Counted from the first letter of the stretch, positions 1 through 11,771 are shown. The stretch is DNA of 51,971 bases from Gemmatimonadota bacterium (GCA_046729675.1 JBKPGZ010000223.1:1-51971), one strand, 5' to 3'. A program made the numbers and translations. The notes: generated by a model not told the origin, from the sequence alone.

Positions 1-26
1 ATCCCTCGCTCCGCTCGGGATGACAG
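1..26. repeat. REP-like ~25-nt element, family 1, solo copy (may be cut by the window edge)
   Basis: atccctcgctccgctcgggatgacag abuts the TAG stop (27-29, minus strand) of the MATE gene. Its reverse complement ctgtcatcccgagcggagcgagggat matches the copy at 47709-47736 and the inverted pair at 41323-41397. Confidence 0.6.
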
Positions 27-1424
27 CTAGGCCGGCCCGATGTCCACCGCGATCTCCCGCCACTTCCCCTGGTTGAACCGTAGAATGCTGAGCGCGCACC
101 GCGTCGCGTGGCCCACCAGAATCGCGATCCAGATGTCGATCGGATCCAGCCGCTCCGTCCGCTGCACCACGAAGCAGATGCCGAGCGGCACGATCACCTG
201 CGAGATGATCGAGATATAGAGCGGGCTTTTCGTGTCCCCGGTCCCCTGCAGACCCCCGGTGTAGGTGAGCGCCACCGCGATCAGGAGCCCCGAGAGGCTG
301 AGCACTCTGAGCAGTTGCTCACCGATCTCCACCGCCGCGGGCTCGTTCATGCCGAAGATCGCCAGCAGCTGCTGCGGCAGGAACAGGTAGAAAAAGCCGA
401 TGAACGCCGCGCCGGCGAGCGCGAACCGGGCGGCGATGTGGACCGCCTGCTCCGTCCGATCAGGATGATTCGCGCCCAGATTCTGGCCCGCCACCGCGCC
501 CGCGGCGCCCATCAGCCCGAGCGACGTCCAGGTCACCAGCGAGAAGAGCTGGGTGTACACTACCGCGTAGGCCGCCTGGGCCGCGGCACTCTGCGCCAGC
601 GAGCCGATGAAGCCCAGCATGAGCACGCCCCCGACGTTCATCGCGATGCCCTGAATCCCGGTCGGCAGGCCGAAACGGAACAGCTCGCGGATGATGCCCC
701 AGTCCGGCGCGTAGGCACGGCCCCTGGGGAAGGAGACCACCCACCCGCCACGCCACAGCTTCACCATCGAGTAAAGCGCCACCAGCCACGAGGCGGTCAC
801 CGTTCCCATGGCCGAGCCGGCGGTGCCGAAGGCAGGGATCGGGCCCAGGCCCGGGATGAGAACCAGGTTGAGCACCAGGTTCAGCACCGTCGTCGCCACA
901 CCTAGGATCATGGGAGTGCGGGCGTCCCCGGCCGACCGGAGCGCCCCGCTCAGCATGTAGAACACCAGCATACCGCTGCTGAACAGGAACATGATGCGGA
1001 GGAAGGGGAGCGCCTCCGCCTTCACGGTGGCCTCGGCGTTGACCAGGTCGAGCAGGGTGGGGGACAGGACGTACCCGAGCGGCGCGATGACCAGCACCGC
1101 CAGGCCGATGGCGGTGAGGAACGCCTGGTAGACGGTGCGGTCCACCTTGTCCGGATCGCCCGCACCGGCGAAGCGGGCGACCAGCACGCTCATCCCCACG
1201 AACAGCGAGTTGATGAATATGATGACGACGATGATGAGCTGCCACGCCACGCCGATCGCGGCGTTGCCGGTGTAGCCCACGAGGTGGCCCACCAGGACGT
1301 GATCCACGATGCCCTGGAGGCCACCCACGATGTTGGTGAGCATAGACGGCCAGGCGAGCTTCCAGACCGCCCGGCCGAGCGGCCCCTGAACGATGGAGCG
1401 ATCGTAGCTCCCGGTCCGGGTCAC
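27..1424 (-). CDS. MATE family efflux transporter
   Basis: Polytopic hydrophobic protein with a MATE/NorM-like N-terminus ([35 protein letters not shown]). Start set to GTG 1424-1422, which overlaps the TGA stop of the upstream gene (GTGA). The 73 codons upstream in the ORF track are Arg/Gly-rich and overlap that gene. Confidence 0.85.
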   Translation of the reverse strand: MTRTGSYDRSIVQGPLGRAVWKLAWPSMLTNIVGGLQGIVDHVLVGHLVGYTGNAAIGVAWQLIIVVIIFINSLFVGMSVLVARFAGAGDPDKVDRTVYQAFLTAIGLAVLVIAPLGYVLSPTLLDLVNAEATVKAEALPFLRIMFLFSSGMLVFYMLSGALRSAGDARTPMILGVATTVLNLVLNLVLIPGLGPIPAFGTAGSAMGTVTASWLVALYSMVKLWRGGWVVSFPRGRAYAPDWGIIRELFRFGLPTGIQGIAMNVGGVLMLGFIGSLAQSAAAQAAYAVVYTQLFSLVTWTSLGLMGAAGAVAGQNLGANHPDRTEQAVHIAARFALAGAAFIGFFYLFLPQQLLAIFGMNEPAAVEIGEQLLRVLSLSGLLIAVALTYTGGLQGTGDTKSPLYISIISQVIVPLGICFVVQRTERLDPIDIWIAILVGHATRCALSILRFNQGKWREIAVDIGPA

Positions 1425-2413
1425 CTGCCGGTCAGCTCGAGCATCTCGGGACTGTAGCGCTCGCCGGCGGCCGCGCCTCGGGGCGCGACCCGCTCGATCC
1501 CGTCCAGGTCCTCCGCTGTGAGCTCGACACCGGCCGCGGCCACGTTCTCCTCCAGTCTGGTGATGTTGCTCGTGCCGGGGATCGGAACGACGTTCCCGTG
1601 CCGGCGGATGAGCCACGCGAGGGCGAGCTGGGCCGGCGTGCACCCTTTCTCGGCCGCCAGTTCCCGGACGCGATCGGCGAGGGCGAGGTTTCTCCGGAAG
1701 TTCTCGCCGGTGAAGCGCGGGTTGTTGCGGCGCCAGTCGTCGGGAGCGAGGTCGTCCGGGCTCCGGAAACGCCCGGCCAGAAATCCGCGCCCCAGGGGGC
1801 TGTAGGCCACCAGGGCGATGCCCAGCTCGCGCAGGGTGGGCAGCAGGGCCTCCTCGGGATCGCGGGTCCAGAGCGAGTACTCGTTCTGGACCGCCGCGAT
1901 CGGGTGGATGGCATGGGCGCGCCGCACGGTCGCCGGGCTTGGCTCGGAGAGTCCCAGGTGCCGCACCTTGCCCCGGCGCACCAGATCACCCATCGCGCCG
2001 ACGGTCTCCTCGATCGGCACCCGCGGGTCCACCCGATGCAGGTAGTACAGGTCGATGCGTTCCACGCCGAGCCGCTTCAATGAGGCGTCACAGGCCCGCC
2101 GGACGTAGGCGGGGCTGCCGTCGATCCGCTCCTCCTGCCCCGGTCGCTCGTTGACGAACCCGAACTTGGTGGCGAGCACGACCCCGTCGCGGCGCCCTTT
2201 CAGCGCCTTGCCCACCTGGACCTCCGAGTTTCCGTAGACGTCGGCGGGGTCGATCAAGGTGACGCCCAGATCGAGGGCGCGGTGGATGAGGGCCACGCCC
2301 TGGTCGTCGTCGCGTACGCTGCTGGTATAGACGTCGGCGATGCCGATGCTCATCGCACCAAAGCCGATGGCGGACACCTGTGGTCCGCGGCTGCCGAGTT
2401 GTCGCGTTTCCAT
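1421..2413 (-). CDS. aldo/keto reductase
   Basis: 330 aa, ATG start verified. Typical AKR sequence: [24 protein letters not shown]..., [22 protein letters not shown]. Confidence 0.9.
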   Translation of the reverse strand: METRQLGSRGPQVSAIGFGAMSIGIADVYTSSVRDDDQGVALIHRALDLGVTLIDPADVYGNSEVQVGKALKGRRDGVVLATKFGFVNERPGQEERIDGSPAYVRRACDASLKRLGVERIDLYYLHRVDPRVPIEETVGAMGDLVRRGKVRHLGLSEPSPATVRRAHAIHPIAAVQNEYSLWTRDPEEALLPTLRELGIALVAYSPLGRGFLAGRFRSPDDLAPDDWRRNNPRFTGENFRRNLALADRVRELAAEKGCTPAQLALAWLIRRHGNVVPIPGTSNITRLEENVAAAGVELTAEDLDGIERVAPRGAAAGERYSPEMLELTGR

Positions 2414-2417
2414 CGCT

Positions 2418-4289
2418 CTATTCCTTCCTCGAACCCGTGTGTTCGGTCTCAGTGCGGCCCGCGCGACTCCCCAGCCAGGCAGCTCGGAAGGCCCGCTGAG
2501 CCTGTGTCAAAGATGCCCCGGTGAGTTCCGCCGGACGCACTTCCAGCCGCGGATCGGGCTTGAGCCGCAGCACCGCCCGGACCTCGCGCCCCCGCTGCAG
2601 AAAGACCAGCGGAAGCGAGTCGCCCGGCGCCCGCTTGGCCAGCAAGGCGGTCCATTCCTCCTGCCCGGCGATTGGCCGACCGTCCGCCGAGACGAGACGG
2701 TCGCCCCGATCCAGGCCGGCCTCGTACACGGGAGTTGCCGCCAGCGTCGCAGCGGTCACCATGGTACCGGCCGAATCCGCGGCGAGCGAGAGCGGCCCCG
2801 CCCACGCAGCCCGCGGCTGGGCCGGACGAACCAGGAAGCCGGCCCGCGCCAGGAGTGGCGCGTAGTCCGGCACGTTGCGGCCGCGCACATAGCGCGAGAA
2901 GAAGTCCCGCGCAAAGGTCGCGTCGCCCGCGTACTCGCCCAGGGTGCGCTCCAGATCGCCAAGGCGGTAGAGGCGACGGAGTGCGTAGGGCTTCTCCGGT
3001 CGGCCGAACCGCTCCCACATGAGGCGCATGTAGCCATCCAGGGTCCTGCCGTCGCCGCGCCCGCGCAGTGTCAGATCGAGGCCGAGGCCGATGCCGGCCC
3101 CCCAGGTGTAGTAGGAGAGAAAGGTGTTGGGGAAGTTCACCGGATCGATGGCCGCCGCCGCGTCCACGAACGGGGCGAGCAAACTCATGTCCACCGGGCT
3201 ATGGAAGCGGCGGCCCGGCGCGGCCAGCACCGCGTTCACGGCTTCGGCGACCGTCTCGGCATAGGCCGAATCGGACATGAGGCCGGCACGACGGACCGCG
3301 AGGCGGTCGAAGTAGTTGGTGAATCCCTCGCCGAACCACAGCTCGGGAGACGGGTCGGCCCGGGTGAAGTCGAACGGCTCCAGCTCGGCCGCGCGGATCC
3401 GTTCCATGTTCCAGGAGTGGAAGAACTCGTGTGACGCGGTGAGCACCAACCGATCGAACGTGGTCGCCAGGGAGGCGCTCGAGCTGAGGACGGTCGAGTT
3501 GCGGTGCTCCATTCCGTCACCCGACGCCCAGGGCAGGTAGTCGGCCAGGAAGGTGTAGGTCCCGTGGTCGAAGCGGGCGGCCTCGCCGAAGATCCCCACC
3601 TGCTCCGCGACGATCTTCCGCACCGCCTCGGCGTAACGGTCGAGCTCGGCGTCGGTGCCCTCGTGGTGGAGCGCGATTCGCACGGTGTCCGTTCGACCGC
3701 CGGGTCCCGACACGGTCCAGCTCCGCAACGCGAACCGGCTCAGCTCGGTGGGGCTGTCCATGAAGTAGGCCAGATCCGGCGCCGCCCAGGCGAGCGAGTC
3801 GGCCCCGGCGACGAGCTGGGTCGCCACTCGCCAGCCGCTGCCGGTCGGAGGGGTGAATCGCACCAGTACCGGCCGCGTCTCCAGGCCCCGCGCCCAGGCA
3901 AAGGTGGCCGGCATGTTGAGATGCGCGTGGGTGGGATCGATCTGGGCGTAGGTGCCGTCGGCCCGGTCGGCGTACAGGGTGTAGGTGAAGCGCACCGGCC
4001 GGCGTCCCGCCACCACGAGCCAGCGATAGGGATCCCTTCGCACGATCGGAACCGCTCGGCCCGCACGGTCGGTTGCCTGAACGTCGTACACGTTCTTGGC
4101 GAACTCGTGCAGGGCGTACCGCCCGGGCGACGAGCGGCTCATCCATACCTCGAGCGTGTCGCCCGCCGCTGGGAAGTCCACCGCGACCCGGGCCTCGTGG
4201 TGCACCGGATTGGGGAAAGTGACCGCGTAGCGCACCGTGTCGACCGATGCCGGAGTCGTGAGGGTCAGGACGAGGAGCAGGAGCGACAT
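2418..4289 (-). CDS. M61 family metallopeptidase with C-terminal PDZ-like domain
   Basis: 623 aa, ATG verified. Signal-like N-terminus [16 protein letters not shown], HExxH zinc motif in [12 protein letters not shown]-terminal PDZ-like segment ([12 protein letters not shown]). Confidence 0.8.
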   Translation of the reverse strand: MSLLLLVLTLTTPASVDTVRYAVTFPNPVHHEARVAVDFPAAGDTLEVWMSRSSPGRYALHEFAKNVYDVQATDRAGRAVPIVRRDPYRWLVVAGRRPVRFTYTLYADRADGTYAQIDPTHAHLNMPATFAWARGLETRPVLVRFTPPTGSGWRVATQLVAGADSLAWAAPDLAYFMDSPTELSRFALRSWTVSGPGGRTDTVRIALHHEGTDAELDRYAEAVRKIVAEQVGIFGEAARFDHGTYTFLADYLPWASGDGMEHRNSTVLSSSASLATTFDRLVLTASHEFFHSWNMERIRAAELEPFDFTRADPSPELWFGEGFTNYFDRLAVRRAGLMSDSAYAETVAEAVNAVLAAPGRRFHSPVDMSLLAPFVDAAAAIDPVNFPNTFLSYYTWGAGIGLGLDLTLRGRGDGRTLDGYMRLMWERFGRPEKPYALRRLYRLGDLERTLGEYAGDATFARDFFSRYVRGRNVPDYAPLLARAGFLVRPAQPRAAWAGPLSLAADSAGTMVTAATLAATPVYEAGLDRGDRLVSADGRPIAGQEEWTALLAKRAPGDSLPLVFLQRGREVRAVLRLKPDPRLEVRPAELTGASLTQAQRAFRAAWLGSRAGRTETEHTGSRKE

Positions 4290-4394
4290 GGCGGCTCTGG
4301 TTGAGGTCAGGAGAAAGCTAGTCCGGTCCGGGATGTACGCTGGCCTTACGAGTCACCCCGCGGCATATTCCCGCCATCCCGATCAAAGGCTCTG

Positions 4395-7043
4395 ATGGAC
4401 GAGCTGCGCGGCCGGCTGGAGCAGGCGCTCGCGGGTCTCTACGCGTTCCAGCGTGAGCTGGGAGGCGGGGGCATGTCCCGCACCTACCTTGCGGTCGAGA
4501 CGGCACTCAATCGTCGCGTCGTCGTGAAGGTGCTCGCGCCCGAGCTGCTGGCGGGTATCTCGGTCGAGCGGTTCCGGCGCGAGGTCCTGCTGGCCGCCCA
4601 GCTGCAGCATCCGCACGTGGTGCCTGTGCTCACCGCCGGCGACGCCGGCGGGCTCCCCTGGTTCAGCATGCCGTATGTGGACGGCGACAGCCTGCGCCAG
4701 CGTCTCGAGCGGGGCCCACTGGGCACCGGCGAGGTGATCAGCATCCTCCGGGACGTGGCCCGCGCGCTGATGTACGCTCACAGCCATGGCATCGTGCACC
4801 GCGACATCAAGCCCGACAACGTCCTCCTCTCCGCGGGCAGCGCCACGGTCACGGACTTCGGCATCGCCAAGGCGATCACGGCGGCGCGGACCGACGGCGG
4901 CGGGCGGCCAGCGACCCTCACCCAGGTCGGGACTTCCATCGGTACGCCGACCTACATGGCCCCCGAACAGGCGGCGGCGGATCCCAATGCGGACCACCGG
5001 GTGGACATCTACGCGTTCGGGGTCATGGCCTACGAGCTCATCGCGGGGCAGCCGCCGTTTCAGGGGGCCTCGCCGGCGCGGCTGCTGGCGGCCCACCTGA
5101 GCGAGCCCCCTCGCGACCTCCGGGTTGTCCGCGCCGATCTCCCGGCTCCCCTCGCCGACCTGGTCATGGCGTGTCTCGCCAAGGATCCCGACAATCGTCC
5201 GCAACAGGCCGCCGACCTGGTCCGGGTCCTGGAGACTGTCACCACCAGCGGGAGCGCCGCCGCTGCGCCGGCGGCGCTGCGGGGAGGCCGGATCCCGATC
5301 GCCAAGGCGCTGGGACTCTGGGCCCTCGCGACCGCGATCGTCGGGGTCACGGCGTGGGCAGCCCTGGACGTCATCGGGCTGCCGGACTGGGTCCTGCCGG
5401 GCTCACTGGGGGTGATGCTCGCGGGGCTGCCGGTCATCGGCATCACCGCCTTCGTGCAGAGGGCCGCCTACCGGGCGTATGCCGTCACGCCGCAACGGAC
5501 CCCGGGCGGCGGCGTTCCCGCCGCGGGGACTCTCGTGACGCTCGCGCTCAAGGCGAGTCCGCACGTCTCCTGGCGCCGCACCATGCTCGGCGGATGGGTG
5601 GCGCTGGGTGCTTTCGCCGCTCTCGTCGTCGGCTTCATGGTGACGCGGGCGTTCGGCATCGGGCCGGCCGCATCACTTCGGGGCAAGGGCGAGTTCGGCG
5701 CCAGAGAGACGGTAGTGGTCGCCGACTTCCGGGCACCGGCAGGCGACTCCGCCCTCGGTCCCACGGTGGCGGAAGCGTTGCGAACCGACCTGGCCCAGTC
5801 CAGCTCGCTCAACGTGCTCACCCGCGCATCGGTACGCGAAATCCTGGGCCTGATGCAGCGGCCGTCGGAGAGCATCGTGCCCTTCGAGCTGGCGCGGGAG
5901 ATCGCGACGCGGGAGGGCGCCAAGGCGGTGCTCGACGGCGAGATCGTGCGTCTGGGGCAGAGCTACGTCGTGTCCGCCCGGCTGGTCTCCGCCCTGGACG
6001 GCGCCGAGCTCGCAACCTTCCGCGAGACGGCCGGGAGCGAGAACGAGCTCATTGGCGCCATCGGCAAGCTCTCGCGGGCGGTGCGGGCGAAGGCCGGGGA
6101 ATCGCTGCGGACCATCCGCGCCAGCTCCGAGCTGGAGCGGGTCACCACGCCTTCCCTCGCGGCCCTCCGGAAGTACGTCGAAGGCTCCGCGCTCGCGGAC
6201 GAGGCCGGCGAGGGTGACCGCGGCCTCGCCTTGCTCGAGGAGGCCGTCGCGCTCGACACCGGATTCGCGATGGCCTGGCGCAAGATCGCGGTGCTGCTGG
6301 GGAACGACGACCGGAATCGGGAGCGCAGTCTCGCCGCGATCTCGACGGCCTACCGCCACCGCGAGCGGCTCACCGAGCTGGAGCGGCTCCTCACCGAGGG
6401 CTACTACTACACGCGCGGTCCACGGCCCGATCCCGACCGCGCGCTCGCCGCCTACGAGGAGGTGATCCGCCTCGACTCGAACAGCACCAGCGGGCTCAAC
6501 AACGCGGCGGTCATCTACGGCGACAAGCGGGACTACGAGCGGGCGGAGCAGTTCTACCGCCGCGTGGTCCGGCTGCCGCGCACCTTCGGCGGCGCCTTCA
6601 CCAACCTGATCCAGGAGCAGATCCGCAACGGCAGGGTGGAGGCACTCGACTCCACCGTCGCCGCGTTTCGGGCCCGGTTTCCGGAGAGCAACGACCTCTG
6701 GGAGGCGGAGTGGTATGCCGCATGGGGCAAGGGCAGCGCCGACGTGGCGGACAGCATCAGCCGCGCGGTCTTCGCGCGTGCGCGGACGACGAGACAGGCA
6801 CTGCGGGCAGCCTTCGCCACCGGGCTTCCTGGCCTATCTGCACGGCCGCCGCGACGAGGGTCTCCGCTGGATGACTCAGTGGTCCGAGGCGACGGTGCGC
6901 GCCGCCCCCACGCCGGAGAGTCGGATCACCTTCGCGCTGGACACCGCTTACGACGCCGCGATCCGCGGGAACCGCTCCGCAGGCCTCGCCGCCGTCAGTC
7001 GCGGACTCGACCGCCACCCGCTGGACTCGATGCCACCGGGTGA
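4395..7043 (+). CDS. Ser/Thr protein kinase with transmembrane region and periplasmic/TPR-like domains; reading frame breaks near 6822
   Basis: Kinase motifs HRDIKPDN, DFGIAK and TPTYMAPE. Hydrophobic segments around aa 300-420. From ~6822 onward the translation becomes Arg/Pro-rich nonsense, while the +1 frame continues protein-like. Confidence 0.85.
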   Translation: MDELRGRLEQALAGLYAFQRELGGGGMSRTYLAVETALNRRVVVKVLAPELLAGISVERFRREVLLAAQLQHPHVVPVLTAGDAGGLPWFSMPYVDGDSLRQRLERGPLGTGEVISILRDVARALMYAHSHGIVHRDIKPDNVLLSAGSATVTDFGIAKAITAARTDGGGRPATLTQVGTSIGTPTYMAPEQAAADPNADHRVDIYAFGVMAYELIAGQPPFQGASPARLLAAHLSEPPRDLRVVRADLPAPLADLVMACLAKDPDNRPQQAADLVRVLETVTTSGSAAAAPAALRGGRIPIAKALGLWALATAIVGVTAWAALDVIGLPDWVLPGSLGVMLAGLPVIGITAFVQRAAYRAYAVTPQRTPGGGVPAAGTLVTLALKASPHVSWRRTMLGGWVALGAFAALVVGFMVTRAFGIGPAASLRGKGEFGARETVVVADFRAPAGDSALGPTVAEALRTDLAQSSSLNVLTRASVREILGLMQRPSESIVPFELAREIATREGAKAVLDGEIVRLGQSYVVSARLVSALDGAELATFRETAGSENELIGAIGKLSRAVRAKAGESLRTIRASSELERVTTPSLAALRKYVEGSALADEAGEGDRGLALLEEAVALDTGFAMAWRKIAVLLGNDDRNRERSLAAISTAYRHRERLTELERLLTEGYYYTRGPRPDPDRALAAYEEVIRLDSNSTSGLNNAAVIYGDKRDYERAEQFYRRVVRLPRTFGGAFTNLIQEQIRNGRVEALDSTVAAFRARFPESNDLWEAEWYAAWGKGSADVADSISRAVFARARTTRQALRAAFATGLPGLSARPPRRGSPLDDSVVRGDGARRPHAGESDHLRAGHRLRRRDPREPLRRPRRRQSRTRPPPAGLDATG

Positions 7044-7563
7044 CCGGCCCTGGGAGGAGTTGTCCCACCTCGCTGTCGACCTCGAGGCTCCGGACCTCGC
7101 CAGGCGGGCGCTCGCGGGGTTCGAGCGCGACCAGATGGCAAGCGCCCGCGATCCGGCCGGACGCCAGGCATTCTACGGGGCGCAAGTGGCGCTGGCCGAG
7201 CGGCGATGGGACCAGGCGATCAGGCTGTTCCACGAGGCCGATGCGCGAACCGCCGTGCACCCCCGGTACGCCATGGTCAGGATCGGGCAGGCCCACGACC
7301 TGGCCGGCCGGGGCGACTCGGCGATCGTCTACTTCGAGCGATTCCTCACGACGCCCGATCCCCAGCCAGAGCAGGATTCCCGCTGGCGGGCGGAGGTCCA
7401 CCGCCGGCTGGGCGAGCTTTACGAAGCCAAGGGGGCGAAGCGGGAGGCTGCCGAGCAATACCGCAAGTTCGTGGATCTATGGGCCCGCGCCGACGCCGAT
7501 CTGCGGCCGCAGGTGGCGGAAGCCAGGCAGAGGCTGGAGCAGTTGGGAGGGAAGGGCGGGTAG
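6715..7563 (+). CDS. TPR-like C-terminal continuation of the kinase in the +1 frame (fragment; only ~6826-7563 looks genuine)
   Basis: From FLAYLHGRRDEGLRWM... to ...LGELYEAKGAKREAAEQYRKFVDLWARADADLRPQVAEARQRL the sequence is TPR-like and joins seamlessly to the upstream frame if one G of GGG 6822-6824 is removed. Confidence 0.7.
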   Translation: MPHGARAAPTWRTASAARSSRVRGRRDRHCGQPSPPGFLAYLHGRRDEGLRWMTQWSEATVRAAPTPESRITFALDTAYDAAIRGNRSAGLAAVSRGLDRHPLDSMPPGDRPWEELSHLAVDLEAPDLARRALAGFERDQMASARDPAGRQAFYGAQVALAERRWDQAIRLFHEADARTAVHPRYAMVRIGQAHDLAGRGDSAIVYFERFLTTPDPQPEQDSRWRAEVHRRLGELYEAKGAKREAAEQYRKFVDLWARADADLRPQVAEARQRLEQLGGKGG

Positions 7564-7580
7564 ACCGGGAGGCGTAAAAC

Positions 7581-7642
7581 GTGAAGGGTAAAAAGTGAAA
7601 GGGATCCACGATGAACGGATCCTTTTCACTTTTACCTTTCAC
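7581..7642. terminator. AT-rich long hairpin, candidate bidirectional terminator between convergent kinase and gyrB genes
   Basis: gtgaagggtaaaaagtgaaagggatcc (7581-7607) pairs with ggatccttttcacttttacctttcac (7617-7642), giving a ~26-bp imperfect stem and 9-nt loop. It is the only AT-rich stretch in the window. GTTTTAC follows it on the gyrB strand. Confidence 0.55.
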
Positions 7643-7654
7643 TCATCTCGGGTT

Positions 7655-9613
<1,959 letters not shown>

Positions 9614-9651
9614 TTAGAGATTCACTGCCTGGGCCGGGCTCCGGTGGCTCG

Positions 9652-9852
9652 TTCACCACAGAGGCACGGAGGGCTGGAGCGGCTCCGTGCGTGTCCCGGC
9701 ATTCGTCCCATTCCGCGCGACACAAGTCCGGTCACTCTTTTTTCTCTTGTGTGCGTTCCCTGTCATCTCTTTCCTCGGTTCTCCTGGAGCGGAATGAGAC
9801 GATCCCAAAGGCTCCAGGGAGATCCTCCAGCCCTTCGTGCCTCTGTGGTGAA
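9652..9852. repeat. ~200-nt element bounded by 28-bp inverted repeats (candidate MITE or structured gyrB leader RNA)
   Basis: ttcaccacagaggcacggagggctggag (9652-9679) is the reverse complement of ctccagcccttcgtgcctctgtggtgaa (9825-9852) with one mismatch (G-U compatible). Internal sub-hairpins: ctcctggagc/gctccaggga at 9781-9820, and acacaag/cttgtgt around 9720-9755. Confidence 0.5.
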
Positions 9853-9870
9853 AAGGCACCGGCGCTCTCT

Positions 9871-10191
9871 CTAACTACGAGGCCGGTCGAGCGGCCCCGG
9901 AACCCACCGGATCTCCTTCACTCTCCCCTGTCGCCCGTCGTTCACACGAGCGAGGATCCGCGGCGTCATGAGGCTGAGCTCATTCGCCCAGGCCGCGGTG
10001 GCGACCCGGACCCGCAGGACGCCGTCCTGGGTCACCGATTCGGGTGCCGTCACCGCAGCGATCTGCGGGCCCACCAGTTCGGGCCAGGCCTCGATTACCC
10101 CCGCCTGCTGGATCCGCTTGGCGTAGCCGGACCGGCGCAGGTAGCTCGCCAGTGCGTCGGCCAGGGACGAGGGTCGGCGCGGCTCGCTCAC
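9871..10191 (-). CDS. DUF721 domain protein (DciA-like)
   Basis: Sequence LADALASYLRRSGYAKRIQQAGVIEAWPELVGPQIAAVTAPESVTQDGVLRVRVATAAWANELSLMTPRILARVN sits in the classic recF-gyrB position. GTG start 10191-10189 overlaps the recF TGA (GTGA). Confidence 0.75.
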   Translation of the reverse strand: MSEPRRPSSLADALASYLRRSGYAKRIQQAGVIEAWPELVGPQIAAVTAPESVTQDGVLRVRVATAAWANELSLMTPRILARVNDGRQGRVKEIRWVPGPLDRPRS

Positions 10192-11270
10192 GCTTCGGGG
10201 CCCCGCACTCGTCCCTCCGTCACGCTCCACACCTCCAGCTCCAGCCCCCGCGGCAACTCCTCGACCCGCGGGGCGGTGAGAAACACCTGCCGATCCTGCG
10301 GACCGACCAGCCGGGAAGCGAGCCGCTGCCGTCGCTCGTCGTCCAGCTCGGCGAAGACGTCGTCCAGGAGGAGGGCGGGCTCCGTCTCCCGCGCTTCGCG
10401 CAGCGTCGCGAGCTCCAGGAGCTTGAGCGCCACCGCCGCGCTCCGCTGCTGCCCGGTGCTGCCGAACTCCCGGATTGGACGGCCACCGATTTCCAGCCGA
10501 AGGTCGTCCCGGTGCGGCCCCACGGTGGAAGCCCCCCTCGCACAGTCCGCCGCCTGGGCCGCCGCCAAGGCCTGCGCCCAGGCACCTGGGTCGGCCAGCT
10601 CCGGCGCCCCCCGATAGGCCAGTGTTGCAAGGCCGCGCTCGCCTATGCAGTCGAACTCGGCGGCAAACCGGGCAGCCGCATGGCGCGTCCAACGCTCCCG
10701 TGCCGCCACAATCTCCGCGCCCGATGCGGCGAGCGGCCGGTCGAACGCCCAGGCCAGCTCGGGCCGCCCCTGCCGCAACGCGCTGTTTCGCTGGGCCAGC
10801 GCGGCGCGGTAGCGGGCCAATGCCCGGAGGTAGCCGCGGTCGGCCAGCGAGAGCAGCCGGTCCAGGTACTGCCGGCGGAGCGCGGCCGGTCCCGAGGCGA
10901 GCTCCACGTCGCCCGGAAGGAAGACCACCGCGAGCCAGCGGCCGACCGCCTCGGTGAGCCGCTCCGACTCCGCCCCGTCGAGCAGGATCCGCTTGCGCCG
11001 GCCCGCGGGAACGTACCCGGCGGAGAGCGTGCCCACGCCGGCGTCCACGACTGCGGCCTCCACCTGGAAGGCGGCGGCGCCGAAGGCGGCGACTTCCTGG
11101 TCCGGCGCCCCCCGGAAGGATCGGAAGAGCACCGGGTAGTACACTGCCTCCAGAAAGTTCGTCTTGCCTTGCGCGTTGGCGCCGAGAAGGGCGACGCCGC
11201 GCGCCGGCACGTCGCAGTCGAGGTCCGCCAGATTCCTGAACCCTCGAGCCGCCAGCCGCTGGAGCCGCAC
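10188..11270 (-). CDS. recF: DNA replication and repair protein RecF
   Basis: Begins V-RLQRLAARGFRNLADLD... with Walker A GANAQGKTNFLEAVYY and a C-terminal SMC-like signature (SGQQRSAAVALKLLE, LLLDDVFAELD). GTG 11270-11268 overlaps the TAG of the upstream lipoprotein gene. Confidence 0.9.
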   Translation of the reverse strand: MRLQRLAARGFRNLADLDCDVPARGVALLGANAQGKTNFLEAVYYPVLFRSFRGAPDQEVAAFGAAAFQVEAAVVDAGVGTLSAGYVPAGRRKRILLDGAESERLTEAVGRWLAVVFLPGDVELASGPAALRRQYLDRLLSLADRGYLRALARYRAALAQRNSALRQGRPELAWAFDRPLAASGAEIVAARERWTRHAAARFAAEFDCIGERGLATLAYRGAPELADPGAWAQALAAAQAADCARGASTVGPHRDDLRLEIGGRPIREFGSTGQQRSAAVALKLLELATLREARETEPALLLDDVFAELDDERRQRLASRLVGPQDRQVFLTAPRVEELPRGLELEVWSVTEGRVRGPEA

Positions 11271-11665
11271 TACTGGATCGTGAAGCGGCGGGTGATCGTG
11301 GGTCCGACGTTGCCGATCACGTCGACGCCGTGCACACCGATCGTGATCGTTCGACCGAAGAGGCCGCGGGTCGGCAGGCTGATCGAGAAGTTGAGGGTAT
11401 CCCTGCCTTCGCCGTCGAGCGGCAGGTAGCTCAGGTTCGCCCCACCGACCTCGATGTAGAGCGTGTCCACCCCGCTGGGGTCCACCGTCCGGCCCCCGAT
11501 CACGAAGGGGTCTCCCTCCAACAGAGTCGTGTCCCGCGATGGCGGGTCGATGTGGCTGATCGGACCTTCCTGGTCCACCGGCTCGGGCTCGAACACCAGC
11601 CGCTCGCGCTCTTCGCACCCCATGAGCAGCGCCAGCAGGACCCCCCGCACGACCTTTCCGGGCAT
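11270..11665 (-). CDS. small lipoprotein, unknown function
   Basis: ATG 11665 verified. MPGKVVRGVLLALLMGCEERE has a lipobox-like signal, followed by a ~110-aa beta-rich domain. The stop overlaps the recF start. Confidence 0.55.
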   Translation of the reverse strand: MPGKVVRGVLLALLMGCEERERLVFEPEPVDQEGPISHIDPPSRDTTLLEGDPFVIGGRTVDPSGVDTLYIEVGGANLSYLPLDGEGRDTLNFSISLPTRGLFGRTITIGVHGVDVIGNVGPTITRRFTIQ

Positions 11666-11719
11666 CGCACAAAGATAGTCAACCGAGAGGGCGAAATGCA
11701 GTCCAGCGTTTGGACTTAC

Positions 11720-11762
11720 GGCGGTCGGACGGACCGGCGGACCGGCGGTCCGTCCGACCGCC
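11720..11762. repeat. REP-like hairpin, family 2 (GGCGGTCGG-type)
   Basis: Perfect 17-bp stem: ggcggtcggacggaccg (11720-11736) / cggtccgtccgaccgcc (11746-11762), 9-nt loop. It lies just downstream of the enoyl-CoA hydratase stop. Related copies are at 46483-46586 and 51796-51845. Confidence 0.65.
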
Positions 11763-11771
11763 CGACCGCCA

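Noticed and set aside
6815-6830. Programmed ribosomal frameshift in the kinase gene
   Set aside because: There is no slippery heptamer, no stimulatory stop codon or pseudoknot-like structure nearby, and the 0 frame continues for 75 nonsense codons. A simple indel in a G run is the better explanation.
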